Assembly (NCBI GenBank): GCA_945860605.1
Contig: CAMAQL010000001.1
Location: forward strand, 3,236 to 67,235
Direction of reading: 5' to 3'
Length of the DNA stretch: 64,000 bases
Source of the DNA: Chitinophaga pinensis
GTDB lineage: Bacteria > Bacteroidota > Bacteroidia > Chitinophagales > Chitinophagaceae
Below, in pieces: positions 51,369 to 60,019 of this stretch (position 1 is the stretch's first letter; every line of letters starts with the position of its first letter). The notes under the pieces are model-generated. The model was not told where the DNA came from, made no database searches, and saw only the letters and a program-made list of their open reading frames with translations. A program made the position numbers and the translations under genes.

Positions 51369-52154
51369 TTACCAACTACCATATAAGCCGTCTTTAAGCG
51401 CTTTTTGGTATTTTTTCTCGTTGAAAGTGTATAAGTAGGCTGCTTTATGCGCGCCCCCTTTTTTGGTCTCTGTCAATCGGTTTAAAATACCAAAGCTCAG
51501 TAATTTGCGTTGAAAATTTCGACGATCTAATTTTTCATTTAGGATCGTTTCGTATAATTTCTGTAATTCAGGCATCGTGAATTTTTTTGGCAATAAGTTT
51601 TTACCAATAGGGAGGTAGGCTAATTGAGTTCTAAGTGTTTCCAAAGCTTTTTGAACTATAGCTGCATGGTCCATCATTAATCCATTTAAGTATTCGATAT
51701 CCATCCATTGCCATTGTGCTTCTTGTTCTGATGGTTGAATTTTAACTTCATTAAAATCGACTAATGCATAAAACCCAACAGTGATGAATCTTTGTATCAG
51801 CCAGTTGTTTTTAGGTATTTTAATCCCAAAGCTTTGATATCTTTTCTGATGTATACTTGCATCAGCTCTATCAGGAGCACCAAAAACATAAAATTGCTGA
51901 AGGAAAATATCTTTAACACCTGTTCTTTCTTGTAATACTCTATAAGCCGCTTCTTCGATGTGCTCTGTTTTTTTAATAAAACCACCTGGCAATGCCCATT
52001 TATGTACAGTATCAACTTTCAGTAATAAGATTTTAAGTTGATGTTCATGAAATCCAAAGATCACACAGTCTACAGAGATACCAGACTGAAACTGATCTTC
52101 ACCTTTTTCAAGTAGCTGTTTTAAATGATAGGGAAGTACATTTCTTGTAGACAT
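51369..52154 (-). CDS. nrtR: NrtR-family regulator (Nudix plus winged helix; AraR/XylR-like in Bacteroidota)
   Basis: SVDCVIFGF, WALPGGF, degenerate Nudix box, FTMPELQKLYETIL...DRRNFQRK. Confidence 0.92.
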   Translation of the reverse strand: MSTRNVLPYHLKQLLEKGEDQFQSGISVDCVIFGFHEHQLKILLLKVDTVHKWALPGGFIKKTEHIEEAAYRVLQERTGVKDIFLQQFYVFGAPDRADASIHQKRYQSFGIKIPKNNWLIQRFITVGFYALVDFNEVKIQPSEQEAQWQWMDIEYLNGLMMDHAAIVQKALETLRTQLAYLPIGKNLLPKKFTMPELQKLYETILNEKLDRRNFQRKLLSFGILNRLTETKKGGAHKAAYLYTFNEKKYQKALKDGLYGSW

Positions 52155-52175
52155 AAACTAGCAGTCACCAATAGA

Positions 52176-53366
52176 TTAATTAATTGTTTGTTCAGTTATT
52201 TTTCCAGTCGTCTTATGCTTCAAGATTAATTTCTTTGCACCATAGTGGGTCATTTCTTCCTTCACTAAATAATGGTCCGCATCATATTCGACTAAATGAC
52301 TTTCTTTAGTTAACCCAGTTTTACCTCTCCAAAAATCTAATTGAACAGGTTCCCATAATTTTGTTTTAGCCGATTTATAAGCAGCGTCTAAAATACAATT
52401 CACCACATAGCCATCGTAAAATGTTTCTTTTGGTGCCACACCTTTTTCGATGGAGTTGAACATGTCCATGAACATATGGTTATATCCAAGTTCATTCAAT
52501 TCATCGCCAACAGGGAATAACCAACCCCTTTCACTCTCTGCTTTTTCTGCAATATAGTCACCACCTTTACCTGTGGTAAACATCTCAAAGCCTGTTCTTA
52601 AAAAACTATTGATCCAAATGGTGCCTTCTGTACCCATCACTTCGTCTCTTAAATCTAAGCCTCCTCTAAAAGTCCAACTCACTTCAAATTGTCCAATCGC
52701 ACCGTTCTCATATTTTACTAATCCTATCGCATGATCTTCGGCCTCAATTGGTTTGACTTGTGTATCTGCCCAACACATGACTTCGATTGGTTTGATATCC
52801 TTGCCAATATAAGATCTTGATATCTCCACGCAATGACAACCTAAATCTAAAATACATCCACCGCCTGCTTGCTCAATGTCCCAGAACCATTCACTATGCG
52901 GGCCAGGATGTGTTTCGCGTGACTTAGCCCACAATACACGACCCAATGCGCCTTCCTTCACGCTTTGGTTGGCTTTGATAAATTTAGGCGTATATACAAG
53001 ATCTTCTAAATAACCATTAAATATGCCAGCTTCTTCTACTGCAATCAACATGCGTTTTGCTTCTGCACCATTTCGGCCTAGTGGCTTAGTGGTCATAACT
53101 GCTTTTTTATATTTACAACACATCATCACAGCAGCTTCGTGTAAATTATTTGGCAAAGAGATGCAAACAATATCTACATCTGGATGCGCAATGGCTTCCT
53201 CCATTTCGGTAGTCCAGTGAGCACAGTTGTAATCAGCTCCAAATTTTTTAGCTGACTCTTCACGGCGTGCATAAATACTTACCACTTTGTCTTTACTTCT
53301 GTAGCCTTGTAATGCATCTGCATAAAAACGGCCTATAAACCCTGCGCCTAACATTGCGATTCTCAT
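52176..53366 (-). CDS. Gfo/Idh/MocA-family oxidoreductase
   Basis: IAMLGAGFIG, LPNNLH, KP motif, GGGCILDLGCH. Confidence 0.93.
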   Translation of the reverse strand: MRIAMLGAGFIGRFYADALQGYRSKDKVVSIYARREESAKKFGADYNCAHWTTEMEEAIAHPDVDIVCISLPNNLHEAAVMMCCKYKKAVMTTKPLGRNGAEAKRMLIAVEEAGIFNGYLEDLVYTPKFIKANQSVKEGALGRVLWAKSRETHPGPHSEWFWDIEQAGGGCILDLGCHCVEISRSYIGKDIKPIEVMCWADTQVKPIEAEDHAIGLVKYENGAIGQFEVSWTFRGGLDLRDEVMGTEGTIWINSFLRTGFEMFTTGKGGDYIAEKAESERGWLFPVGDELNELGYNHMFMDMFNSIEKGVAPKETFYDGYVVNCILDAAYKSAKTKLWEPVQLDFWRGKTGLTKESHLVEYDADHYLVKEEMTHYGAKKLILKHKTTGKITEQTIN

Positions 53367-53412
53367 AATTGATAGAATGAAGAATGAAAAAATATAATTA
53401 AATAATATAAAT

Positions 53413-53442
53413 AAAAAAGCCTACCCCAGGGGATAGGCTTTT
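53413..53442 (-). terminator. Terminator after the MFS permease
   Basis: AAAAGCCTA..CCCC / GGGG..TAGGCTTTT stem; U tract on the minus strand. Confidence 0.7.
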
Positions 53443-53453
53443 AAAATATTGAG

Positions 53454-54650
53454 TTAAGCAGCTGCTATTTCTTTTTTCTCTTTAAAGAATAAGATAAAGG
53501 CAATCAATACAGCCCCCGCAATTGCTGCTGGAGTTAACCAGACACTAGTCCAGTTATGGCCAGTGGCATCTGCTAATTTATTTTGCTCTACAACAAATCC
53601 GCTGTAGTTGGTTCCAATAAACATGCCTACGCCATAAGTGGCAAAAGTAAATAAACCTTGCGCTGCATTCTTGATATTTTCACCTGCCTTTTTTTCTGTG
53701 TACATATAACCTGTCACAAAGAAGAAGTCATAGCAAATACCATGTAGAATAATACCAGCATATAACATCCAACTTGCATCCATATTACCGTAGGCAAAAC
53801 AAACATAACGCAATACCCATGCAGAGATTCCAAAAATCAACATATTCTTAACGCCAATTTTATTGAATAAGAATGGGATCGCTAATATAAAAATGGCTTC
53901 TGACATTTGACCCATCGTCATTTTCCCAGCTGCATTATCTAAACCAATTTCATTTAAGAAAGAATTTGCAAATCCATAGTAAAATGATAAAGGAATACAA
54001 ATTGCGATAGCCGAGATAAAGAAGATTAAGAAAGATTTATTTTTCAATAATACAAAAGCGTCTTTCCCTAAAATAGCACCCATTGAGGAAGGAGTACCTG
54101 CTGCTTTTGGAGGTGTATTTGGTAAAATAAAACTCAATAATCCTAAAGCTGCAGAAATACCAGCAGCAACAATAAAAGTACCCTCCGTTTTTTCAATACC
54201 TAATTGACTAATCACTAAACCAGCGGCAATCCAACCTAAGGTTCCAAAAACGCGAATCCAAGGGAATTGTTTTCCTGGATCTGTCATTTGTGCAAATGCG
54301 ACACTATTACTTAAAGCAATCGTAGGCATGTATAATAAAGAGTAAACAAGAATCACCCAATAAAAACTATTATTATCAACTTTGGTTGCATAAAAAAGTA
54401 AAGCGGCACCAACAATATGCAGTACACCCATAATTTTTTGAGCAGCAAAAAAGCGATCCGCAATCATGCCTACAAAGAAAGGAGAGATGATAGTAGCAAT
54501 TGCACCAGCACCATAAGCTGCACCAATGGCTACACCTGATGCACCTAATTTTTCACCCATATAAGTGCCCATTGTTACGTACCAAGCACCCCAAATATAA
54601 TATTGGAGAAACATCATTAAAGAGAGCAATACACCTGTTTTTAATTTCAT
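53454..54650 (-). CDS. MFS permease of the NupG/XapB (nucleoside:H+) family
   Basis: MMFLQYYIWGAW, GMIADRF, FPWIRVFGTLGW, LHGICYDFF. Confidence 0.9.
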   Translation of the reverse strand: MKLKTGVLLSLMMFLQYYIWGAWYVTMGTYMGEKLGASGVAIGAAYGAGAIATIISPFFVGMIADRFFAAQKIMGVLHIVGAALLFYATKVDNNSFYWVILVYSLLYMPTIALSNSVAFAQMTDPGKQFPWIRVFGTLGWIAAGLVISQLGIEKTEGTFIVAAGISAALGLLSFILPNTPPKAAGTPSSMGAILGKDAFVLLKNKSFLIFFISAIAICIPLSFYYGFANSFLNEIGLDNAAGKMTMGQMSEAIFILAIPFLFNKIGVKNMLIFGISAWVLRYVCFAYGNMDASWMLYAGIILHGICYDFFFVTGYMYTEKKAGENIKNAAQGLFTFATYGVGMFIGTNYSGFVVEQNKLADATGHNWTSVWLTPAAIAGAVLIAFILFFKEKKEIAAA

Positions 54651-54700
54651 AGGTTGTTTTTTAAATCATTAGAATTTTAAGCGTATTCAATATACAAACT

Positions 54701-54721
54701 AAATTGTAAAAAGGACACAAT
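54701..54721. promoter_or_regulatory. Candidate NrtR-family operator
   Basis: 21-bp AAATTGTAAAAAGGACACAAT with the GT-N7-AC core, upstream of the MFS gene. Confidence 0.5.
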
Positions 54722-54728
54722 GAACAGC

Positions 54729-54762
54729 AAAAAAATACCCCACTCATGGTTGTGAGCAGGGC
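54729..54762 (-). terminator. Terminator-like hairpin after metZ
   Basis: Minus strand CCCTGCTCA..TGAGTGGGG followed by TATTTTTTT. Confidence 0.5.
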
Positions 54763-54786
54763 ACTAAAGTATTTTGTAGCGATGTT

Positions 54787-55953
54787 TTAGGCGTCCAGTG
54801 CTTGTAGGATATCGTTTAAAATATCTTCCTCATGTTCTAAGCCTACTGAAATTCTAATCAATCCTGGGGTAATTGCAAGGGCTTGTCTTTCTGCTTCGGA
54901 AAGTTTAGAATGGGTGGTACTTGCTGGGTGCGAAGCGATACTTCTGCTATCTCCAAGATTGGCAGTTAAGGAAAGCATTTTTAAATGGTTTAAAAATTGT
55001 TGTCCTGCTTCCAATCCACCTTTTAATTCAAAGCAAACTATACCGCCACCATCTTTCATTTGCTTGATGGCAATAGCATGCTGTGGATGGGATTTAAGGA
55101 AAGGATACTTTACAAAATTAATTTTTGCATGGCCTTCTAATTTTTGTGCAATCGAAAAAGCCGACTTGCAATGCCTTTCCATTCGAACTTCTAAAGTTTC
55201 CAAACTCTTACTTAATATCCATGCATTGAAAGGGGATAGAGATGGCCCTGTATTTCTGCAGAATAAATAAATTTCATGAATCAAATCTTTTCTACCGACT
55301 ACTGCACCACCCAATACACGTCCTTGTCCATCAATCCATTTCGTAGCAGAATGTACCACAAGGTCTGCGCCAAGATCAATGGGTGTTTGGCCAATAGGAG
55401 TGGCAAAACAATTATCAACGTTTAAAATAACATGATGTTTTTTTGCTATCGCACTAATCATAGCGATATCTAACACTTCTAATCCAGGATTAGTAGGTGT
55501 TTCTAAATAAATCATTTTTGTGTTGGGTTGTATCGCAGCTTCCCATTCAGCAGCAGTCGCATTTGCGGATACATAACTATATTCCATTCCGTATTTTGGT
55601 AGGTATTTAGTCACCACATTATGGGTGCTACCAAAAACAGCATTACAAGATAAAAGATGGTCTCCTTTTTTTAATAAGGCCATGAAAGAACCAAAGACGG
55701 CGCTCATGCCACTCGCTGTAGCAAAGCCTGCTTCTGCATGTTCCAGCACTGCCAAACGATCTATAAATTCTTGCACATTCGGGTTAGAGAAACGACTATA
55801 AATATTCGCATCCGTTTCGTCTGCAAAAGCAGCGCGCATAGTCTCTGCTTCATCAAAACAAAAACTACTAGTTAAATACAAAGGGCTGGAATGTTCACCC
55901 TCTGAAGTTCTTTCAATTTGTGTACGAATTAATTTAGACTGATCGTGTTTCAT
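54787..55953 (-). CDS. metZ: O-succinyl/acetylhomoserine sulfhydrylase (PLP trans-sulfuration family); start moved to ATG 55953
   Basis: YSRFSNPN, ASGMSAV, LETPTNP, VDNCFATP, HSATKWIDGQGR. Confidence 0.85.
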   Translation of the reverse strand: MKHDQSKLIRTQIERTSEGEHSSPLYLTSSFCFDEAETMRAAFADETDANIYSRFSNPNVQEFIDRLAVLEHAEAGFATASGMSAVFGSFMALLKKGDHLLSCNAVFGSTHNVVTKYLPKYGMEYSYVSANATAAEWEAAIQPNTKMIYLETPTNPGLEVLDIAMISAIAKKHHVILNVDNCFATPIGQTPIDLGADLVVHSATKWIDGQGRVLGGAVVGRKDLIHEIYLFCRNTGPSLSPFNAWILSKSLETLEVRMERHCKSAFSIAQKLEGHAKINFVKYPFLKSHPQHAIAIKQMKDGGGIVCFELKGGLEAGQQFLNHLKMLSLTANLGDSRSIASHPASTTHSKLSEAERQALAITPGLIRISVGLEHEEDILNDILQALDA

Positions 55954-55970
55954 GAATGCGCAATAAAAAA

Positions 55971-56390
55971 TTATAAAATAACAACCTCCCAAGTGATCAC
56001 TGCCCCAGCTGCTCTTAAAGTGGCAGCCACTGAACAATATTTATCAATAGACAAAGCACATGCTTTCTCAGCTTTTTCTTTTGTCATAGAACCTTTTAAT
56101 TTAAATACAATATGAATTGTTTCCCATAAAGCAGGCTCTTTATGTTCTGCACGTTCTCCACTAATTTCCATTTCATAATGCTCAATGGTTTCTTTCTGTT
56201 TATTTAAAATCATCACCAAATCTACACCGCTACACCCACCTAAAGCACTCAATAAAGCTTGCATTGGTCTTACACCATTACCATGACCACCTTGGTCCTC
56301 TGGAATATCCATTGTCATCACCTGACCGGCTTCGTCAATAGTTTGAAATTGATAATCGTTATCGGTGCGCTTAAGTGTGATCGTTGCCAT
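55971..56390 (-). CDS. OsmC/YhfA-family protein
   Basis: GVRPMQALLSALGGCSGVD ... KYCSV (two conserved Cys). Confidence 0.9.
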   Translation of the reverse strand: MATITLKRTDNDYQFQTIDEAGQVMTMDIPEDQGGHGNGVRPMQALLSALGGCSGVDLVMILNKQKETIEHYEMEISGERAEHKEPALWETIHIVFKLKGSMTKEKAEKACALSIDKYCSVAATLRAAGAVITWEVVIL

Positions 56391-56484
56391 TTGGTTAATT
56401 TGTGTCGTGAATAGGAATTATAAATATTGTACCTTTACAAAGGTAATTCAAATAGCCACTTAGTTAGCACAAGAAAGCGATAAA

Positions 56485-57471
56485 ATGGACCCAGTCATCT
56501 ATAAATACCATCAACCTTTTACCCTTGAATCTGGGATTAGTTTGCCAAAGCTTAAAATAGCCTATCATTTTTATGGGGAATATACGCCTGGTAAAAAAGT
56601 AGCCTGGGTTTGTCATGCCCTCACAGCCAATTCGGATGTAGCTGATTGGTGGAAAGGATTGGTAGGCGAAGGATCTATTATTAATTCAAACGATTACTTT
56701 ATTGTCTGCGCGAATATCATAGGGTCGTGTTATGGATCCACCCAAACAGATCAATTTCCAATGATCACCATTCGAGATATGGTGAAGGCAAATATTTTAT
56801 TGAGACAACATTTAGGGATCGAATCCATCGACCTTTTATTAGGAGGAAGCATGGGCGGATACCAAGCTTTAGAATGGGCTATCATGGAGCCTACTGTGAT
56901 TCAGAAAATGTTTTTGATTGCCACAACCGCTGCTGAAAGTGCTTGGGCGATTGCAATACATACGGCACAAAGATTAGCGATTGAAGCGGATCTAACATGG
57001 AAGGAAACTAAGCCAAATGCAGGCGCAAAAGGATTGAAAGCGGCAAGAGCAATAGGGATCTTGACCTACCGTAACTATGACATCTTCAAAGAAAAACAAA
57101 CCGATGCAGATGCTGAAAAAATAGATGATTTAAAAGCAGCGTCTTATATCAATTATCAGGGAGATAAATTAGTGAATCGATTTAACGCATATAGTTATTG
57201 GTTACTCACAAAGTCGATGGATAGTCATCATATTGCCCGAGGTCGCGGGGGAGATTTAAAGGCGACCTTGTCATCCATACAAACACCAACTTTAATCATT
57301 GGAATCAATAGTGATATTTTATGTCCATTGACCGAACAAAAATTCATGGAAGCACATATGCCAAATGCTTCTTTAGTGGCAATAGACTCTATGTATGGTC
57401 ATGATGGATTCATTATTGAAACTGCACAAATTACAACTCATTTAAAAGCTTGGCTTACTAGCTTAATTTAA
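56485..57471 (+). CDS. metX: Homoserine O-acetyltransferase
   Basis: VCHALTAN, ANIIGSCYGST, GGSMGG, GHDGF. Confidence 0.92.
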   Translation: MDPVIYKYHQPFTLESGISLPKLKIAYHFYGEYTPGKKVAWVCHALTANSDVADWWKGLVGEGSIINSNDYFIVCANIIGSCYGSTQTDQFPMITIRDMVKANILLRQHLGIESIDLLLGGSMGGYQALEWAIMEPTVIQKMFLIATTAAESAWAIAIHTAQRLAIEADLTWKETKPNAGAKGLKAARAIGILTYRNYDIFKEKQTDADAEKIDDLKAASYINYQGDKLVNRFNAYSYWLLTKSMDSHHIARGRGGDLKATLSSIQTPTLIIGINSDILCPLTEQKFMEAHMPNASLVAIDSMYGHDGFIIETAQITTHLKAWLTSLI

Positions 57472-57503
57472 TCTTTCAAACAATACAATAAATAAATTTG
57501 ACT

Positions 57504-57680
57504 ATGGGTATTTTAAGACAATTTGGAGAGTACTTATTCATTAAGAAAAGAGATCCTAATCAACCTAGGACGCAATGGATGAAATACATGCATGGCATGA
57601 ATCGTATTTCATTACTGATTTTTATTTTCGCTATCCTATTTACTTTATTTAGGGTATTTATCCTGCCGCTTTTTAAATAA
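57504..57680 (+). CDS. Small membrane protein (DUF6728-like), 58 aa
   Basis: MHGMNRISL motif plus one TM helix; TAAATTTG 3 nt before ATG 57504. Confidence 0.7.
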   Translation: MGILRQFGEYLFIKKRDPNQPRTQWMKYMHGMNRISLLIFIFAILFTLFRVFILPLFK

Positions 57681-57709
57681 AATTGTGCAGTGTAAAGGGG
57701 CGCTAAAAT

Positions 57710-58825
57710 TTAATTTTTATTCAGTGTGACTTGAATAATGTCAGCAGCAACTTCTGTGGCTTTGTGTCCGGTGGTCAATGCTTGCTTCAGCGCCGCATAA
57801 TCTGCTTTGATAGCAGCTTGTCTTGCAGGGTCTTCTAATAATTTTTTCAATTCGATGGATAAATTACTAGTGGTTAGTTCTTCTTGAATCAATTCCTTCA
57901 CCACTTCCTTGTCCATGATTAAATTCACCAATGCGATAAATTTAATTTTGACAAAGCGTTTAGCTAATGCTAAAGTAATTGGGTTGCCTTTATAACAAAC
58001 AATTTCTGGCACATTTAACAATGCAGTTTCTAAAGTGGCTGTGCCACTTGTAACCAATGCGGCTTTACTATGTTGTAAAATGGCGTAAGTATTTGCAGCT
58101 ACTACATGTACATTGGGTAAATTAGGAATAAGTGTGTTAAACCAAGTAGAATCAATACCGGGTGCTTGCGCGACAACAAAATGTTCATTAGGAAATGCCT
58201 TCGCAACAGAAAGCATAATAGGTAACTTTTTTTGAATCTCTTGCTTACGACTACCAGGTAATAATGCAATCAAAGCTTGGCCTTGTAATAAAGGAATGGG
58301 ATTTGCTAATGGTTCAAGTGCATCCAACACTTCCATCAATGGATGTCCAATATAATCTACCTCCCAATCCCATCTATCTTTAAAATATTTTTTTTCAAAA
58401 GGGAGGATGCATAATAAACGGTCAATCGATGCGCGCATGGCAGGCACCCTGTTTTCTTTCCATGCCCATACTTGTGGTGCAATAAAATACACCACTTTCA
58501 TCCCATTTTTTTTAGCCCATTTTGCAATACGTAAATTAAAGCCAGGATAATCGATGCATATTAAAACGTCTGGTTCAAATTCGGTGATATCTTTTTTACA
58601 GAATGCGATATTGGATAAGATGGTGCTTAAATTCATTAGCACTTCTACAAATCCCATGAAAGCTAGACTGCGATAATGTTTCACAAGATGTCCTCCAGCT
58701 GATTGCATCAAATCTCCTCCCCAACATTGTATGCTTGCAGTAGGGTCATTTTTTAAAATGGCTTTGATTAAATTGGATCCGTGTAAGTCGCCGCTAGCTT
58801 CGCCAGCTATGATATAATATTTCAT
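57710..58825 (-). CDS. lpxB: Lipid-A-disaccharide synthase
   Basis: AGEASGDLHG, IDYPGFN, PQVWAW, LLPGSR, TSGTATLE. Confidence 0.97.
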   Translation of the reverse strand: MKYYIIAGEASGDLHGSNLIKAILKNDPTASIQCWGGDLMQSAGGHLVKHYRSLAFMGFVEVLMNLSTILSNIAFCKKDITEFEPDVLICIDYPGFNLRIAKWAKKNGMKVVYFIAPQVWAWKENRVPAMRASIDRLLCILPFEKKYFKDRWDWEVDYIGHPLMEVLDALEPLANPIPLLQGQALIALLPGSRKQEIQKKLPIMLSVAKAFPNEHFVVAQAPGIDSTWFNTLIPNLPNVHVVAANTYAILQHSKAALVTSGTATLETALLNVPEIVCYKGNPITLALAKRFVKIKFIALVNLIMDKEVVKELIQEELTTSNLSIELKKLLEDPARQAAIKADYAALKQALTTGHKATEVAADIIQVTLNKN

Positions 58826-59122
58826 CTATAAAAACCATTTAACTGCAATCGCTACTATTGCATAAACACAGGTGGTAAAAAATATGCCTTTCGCGGTCTT
58901 ATCAATTTGCTTTTGGAAAAATAAAGTCAATGCAGCTGCGTTTAATAAAAGTGATACACTAATCATGGCAGACAGGATGGATTTTTGACTTGCTAATAAG
59001 TCTATAAAGGTGTCCAATGGCACCATGCTAAACTTCCACTGGTAGAATCCTGCAAAACCTAAGAAGGGTAGTGCTAGACCAATGAGTACGCCAATGATAT
59101 AATTGTCTTTCTCTAATTGCAT
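58826..59122 (-). CDS. Small hypothetical membrane protein (3 TM)
   Basis: Hydrophobic 98-aa ORF packed between surE and lpxB. Confidence 0.7.
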   Translation of the reverse strand: MQLEKDNYIIGVLIGLALPFLGFAGFYQWKFSMVPLDTFIDLLASQKSILSAMISVSLLLNAAALTLFFQKQIDKTAKGIFFTTCVYAIVAIAVKWFL

Positions 59123-59126
59123 TGTT

Positions 59127-59918
59127 TTACCATTTCCATTTTTTACTTAATTGCGCTTTTAGTGCATGATTGGTCAAATCAAATTGAACAGGCACCACAC
59201 TCACGTAATTATTTTTAAGTGCCCATACATCGGTTTCTTTTGACTTATCAAAGTTCACAAATTCACCTGTAAGCCAGTAATATTTTTTACCATGAGGATC
59301 TGTGCGCTCTACAAATTTCTCATCATATTTAGCATAAGCTTGTTTGCAAATCTTAATGCCTTTAATCATCTTGGTCGCTACTTTAGGAATATTTACATTC
59401 AAGCATAAGTGTTTATCTAATTTTTTATCTGCCAACACATGTTCTACAATCATACGCGCATAATAGCTCGCAGCTGAAAAATCGGCATCAATGCCAAGGT
59501 CTAATAAACTAAATCCAATACTAGGAATACTTTCAATGGAGGCTTCTAAAGCTGCAGACATCGTTCCAGAATAAATCACATTAATGGAATGGTTTGCGCC
59601 GTGGTTGATACCACTCAAACAAATAGTTGGTTTACGATGTAGTACTTTGTCTACTGCTAATTTTACACAGTCAACAGGCGTGCCACTGCAAGAATAAGCT
59701 TCTACTTGAGGATCATCTTCCCAATGCACTTTGGTCAATCTTAAATGCTGGCCTAGTGTAATGGCATGACCCATCCCACTCTGGGGTTTATCTGGAGCCA
59801 CCACCACTACTTTACCTAATCCTTGAACGGCCTTTACCAGTGCGTGGATGCCAGGGGCACCGATACTATCATCGTTCGTAATTAATATAACGGGTTGTTC
59901 CTTTTTAACTTTAGCCAT
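59127..59918 (-). CDS. surE: 5'/3'-nucleotidase SurE (start moved to ATG 59918)
   Basis: ILITNDD, VAPDKPQSG, SGTPVDCV, SGINHG.N, YSGT. Confidence 0.97.
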   Translation of the reverse strand: MAKVKKEQPVILITNDDSIGAPGIHALVKAVQGLGKVVVVAPDKPQSGMGHAITLGQHLRLTKVHWEDDPQVEAYSCSGTPVDCVKLAVDKVLHRKPTICLSGINHGANHSINVIYSGTMSAALEASIESIPSIGFSLLDLGIDADFSAASYYARMIVEHVLADKKLDKHLCLNVNIPKVATKMIKGIKICKQAYAKYDEKFVERTDPHGKKYYWLTGEFVNFDKSKETDVWALKNNYVSVVPVQFDLTNHALKAQLSKKWKW

Positions 59919-59921
59919 GCT

Positions 59922-59952
59922 GCAAGTTACCAAGAAGGGGAATGGCCTCAAA
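59922..59952 (-). promoter_or_regulatory. surE promoter, probably leaderless
   Basis: Minus strand TTTG-N19-TAACTTGC-N3-ATG. Confidence 0.6.
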
Positions 59953-59963
59953 AAAAGAAATTG

Positions 59964-60018
59964 CTAAATAAATTTGGAAAAACTAAAATAATTAGTAAAT
60001 TGCACTAAAATTATTAGT
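59964..60018. promoter_or_regulatory. Tandem CTAA-N5-TTAG operators interleaved with the repressor promoter
   Basis: ACTAA-N5-TTAGT at 59982-96 and 60004-18; a degenerate copy at 59964-76; promoter TTTG (59973-76), N19, TAAATTGC (59996-60003). Confidence 0.75.
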
Positions 60019-60019
60019 T

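Noticed and set aside
56391-56484. SAM riboswitch upstream of metX or osmC-metZ
   Set aside because: The spacer is only 94 nt and AT-rich, with no SAM-I, SAM-II or SAM-I/IV core recognisable.
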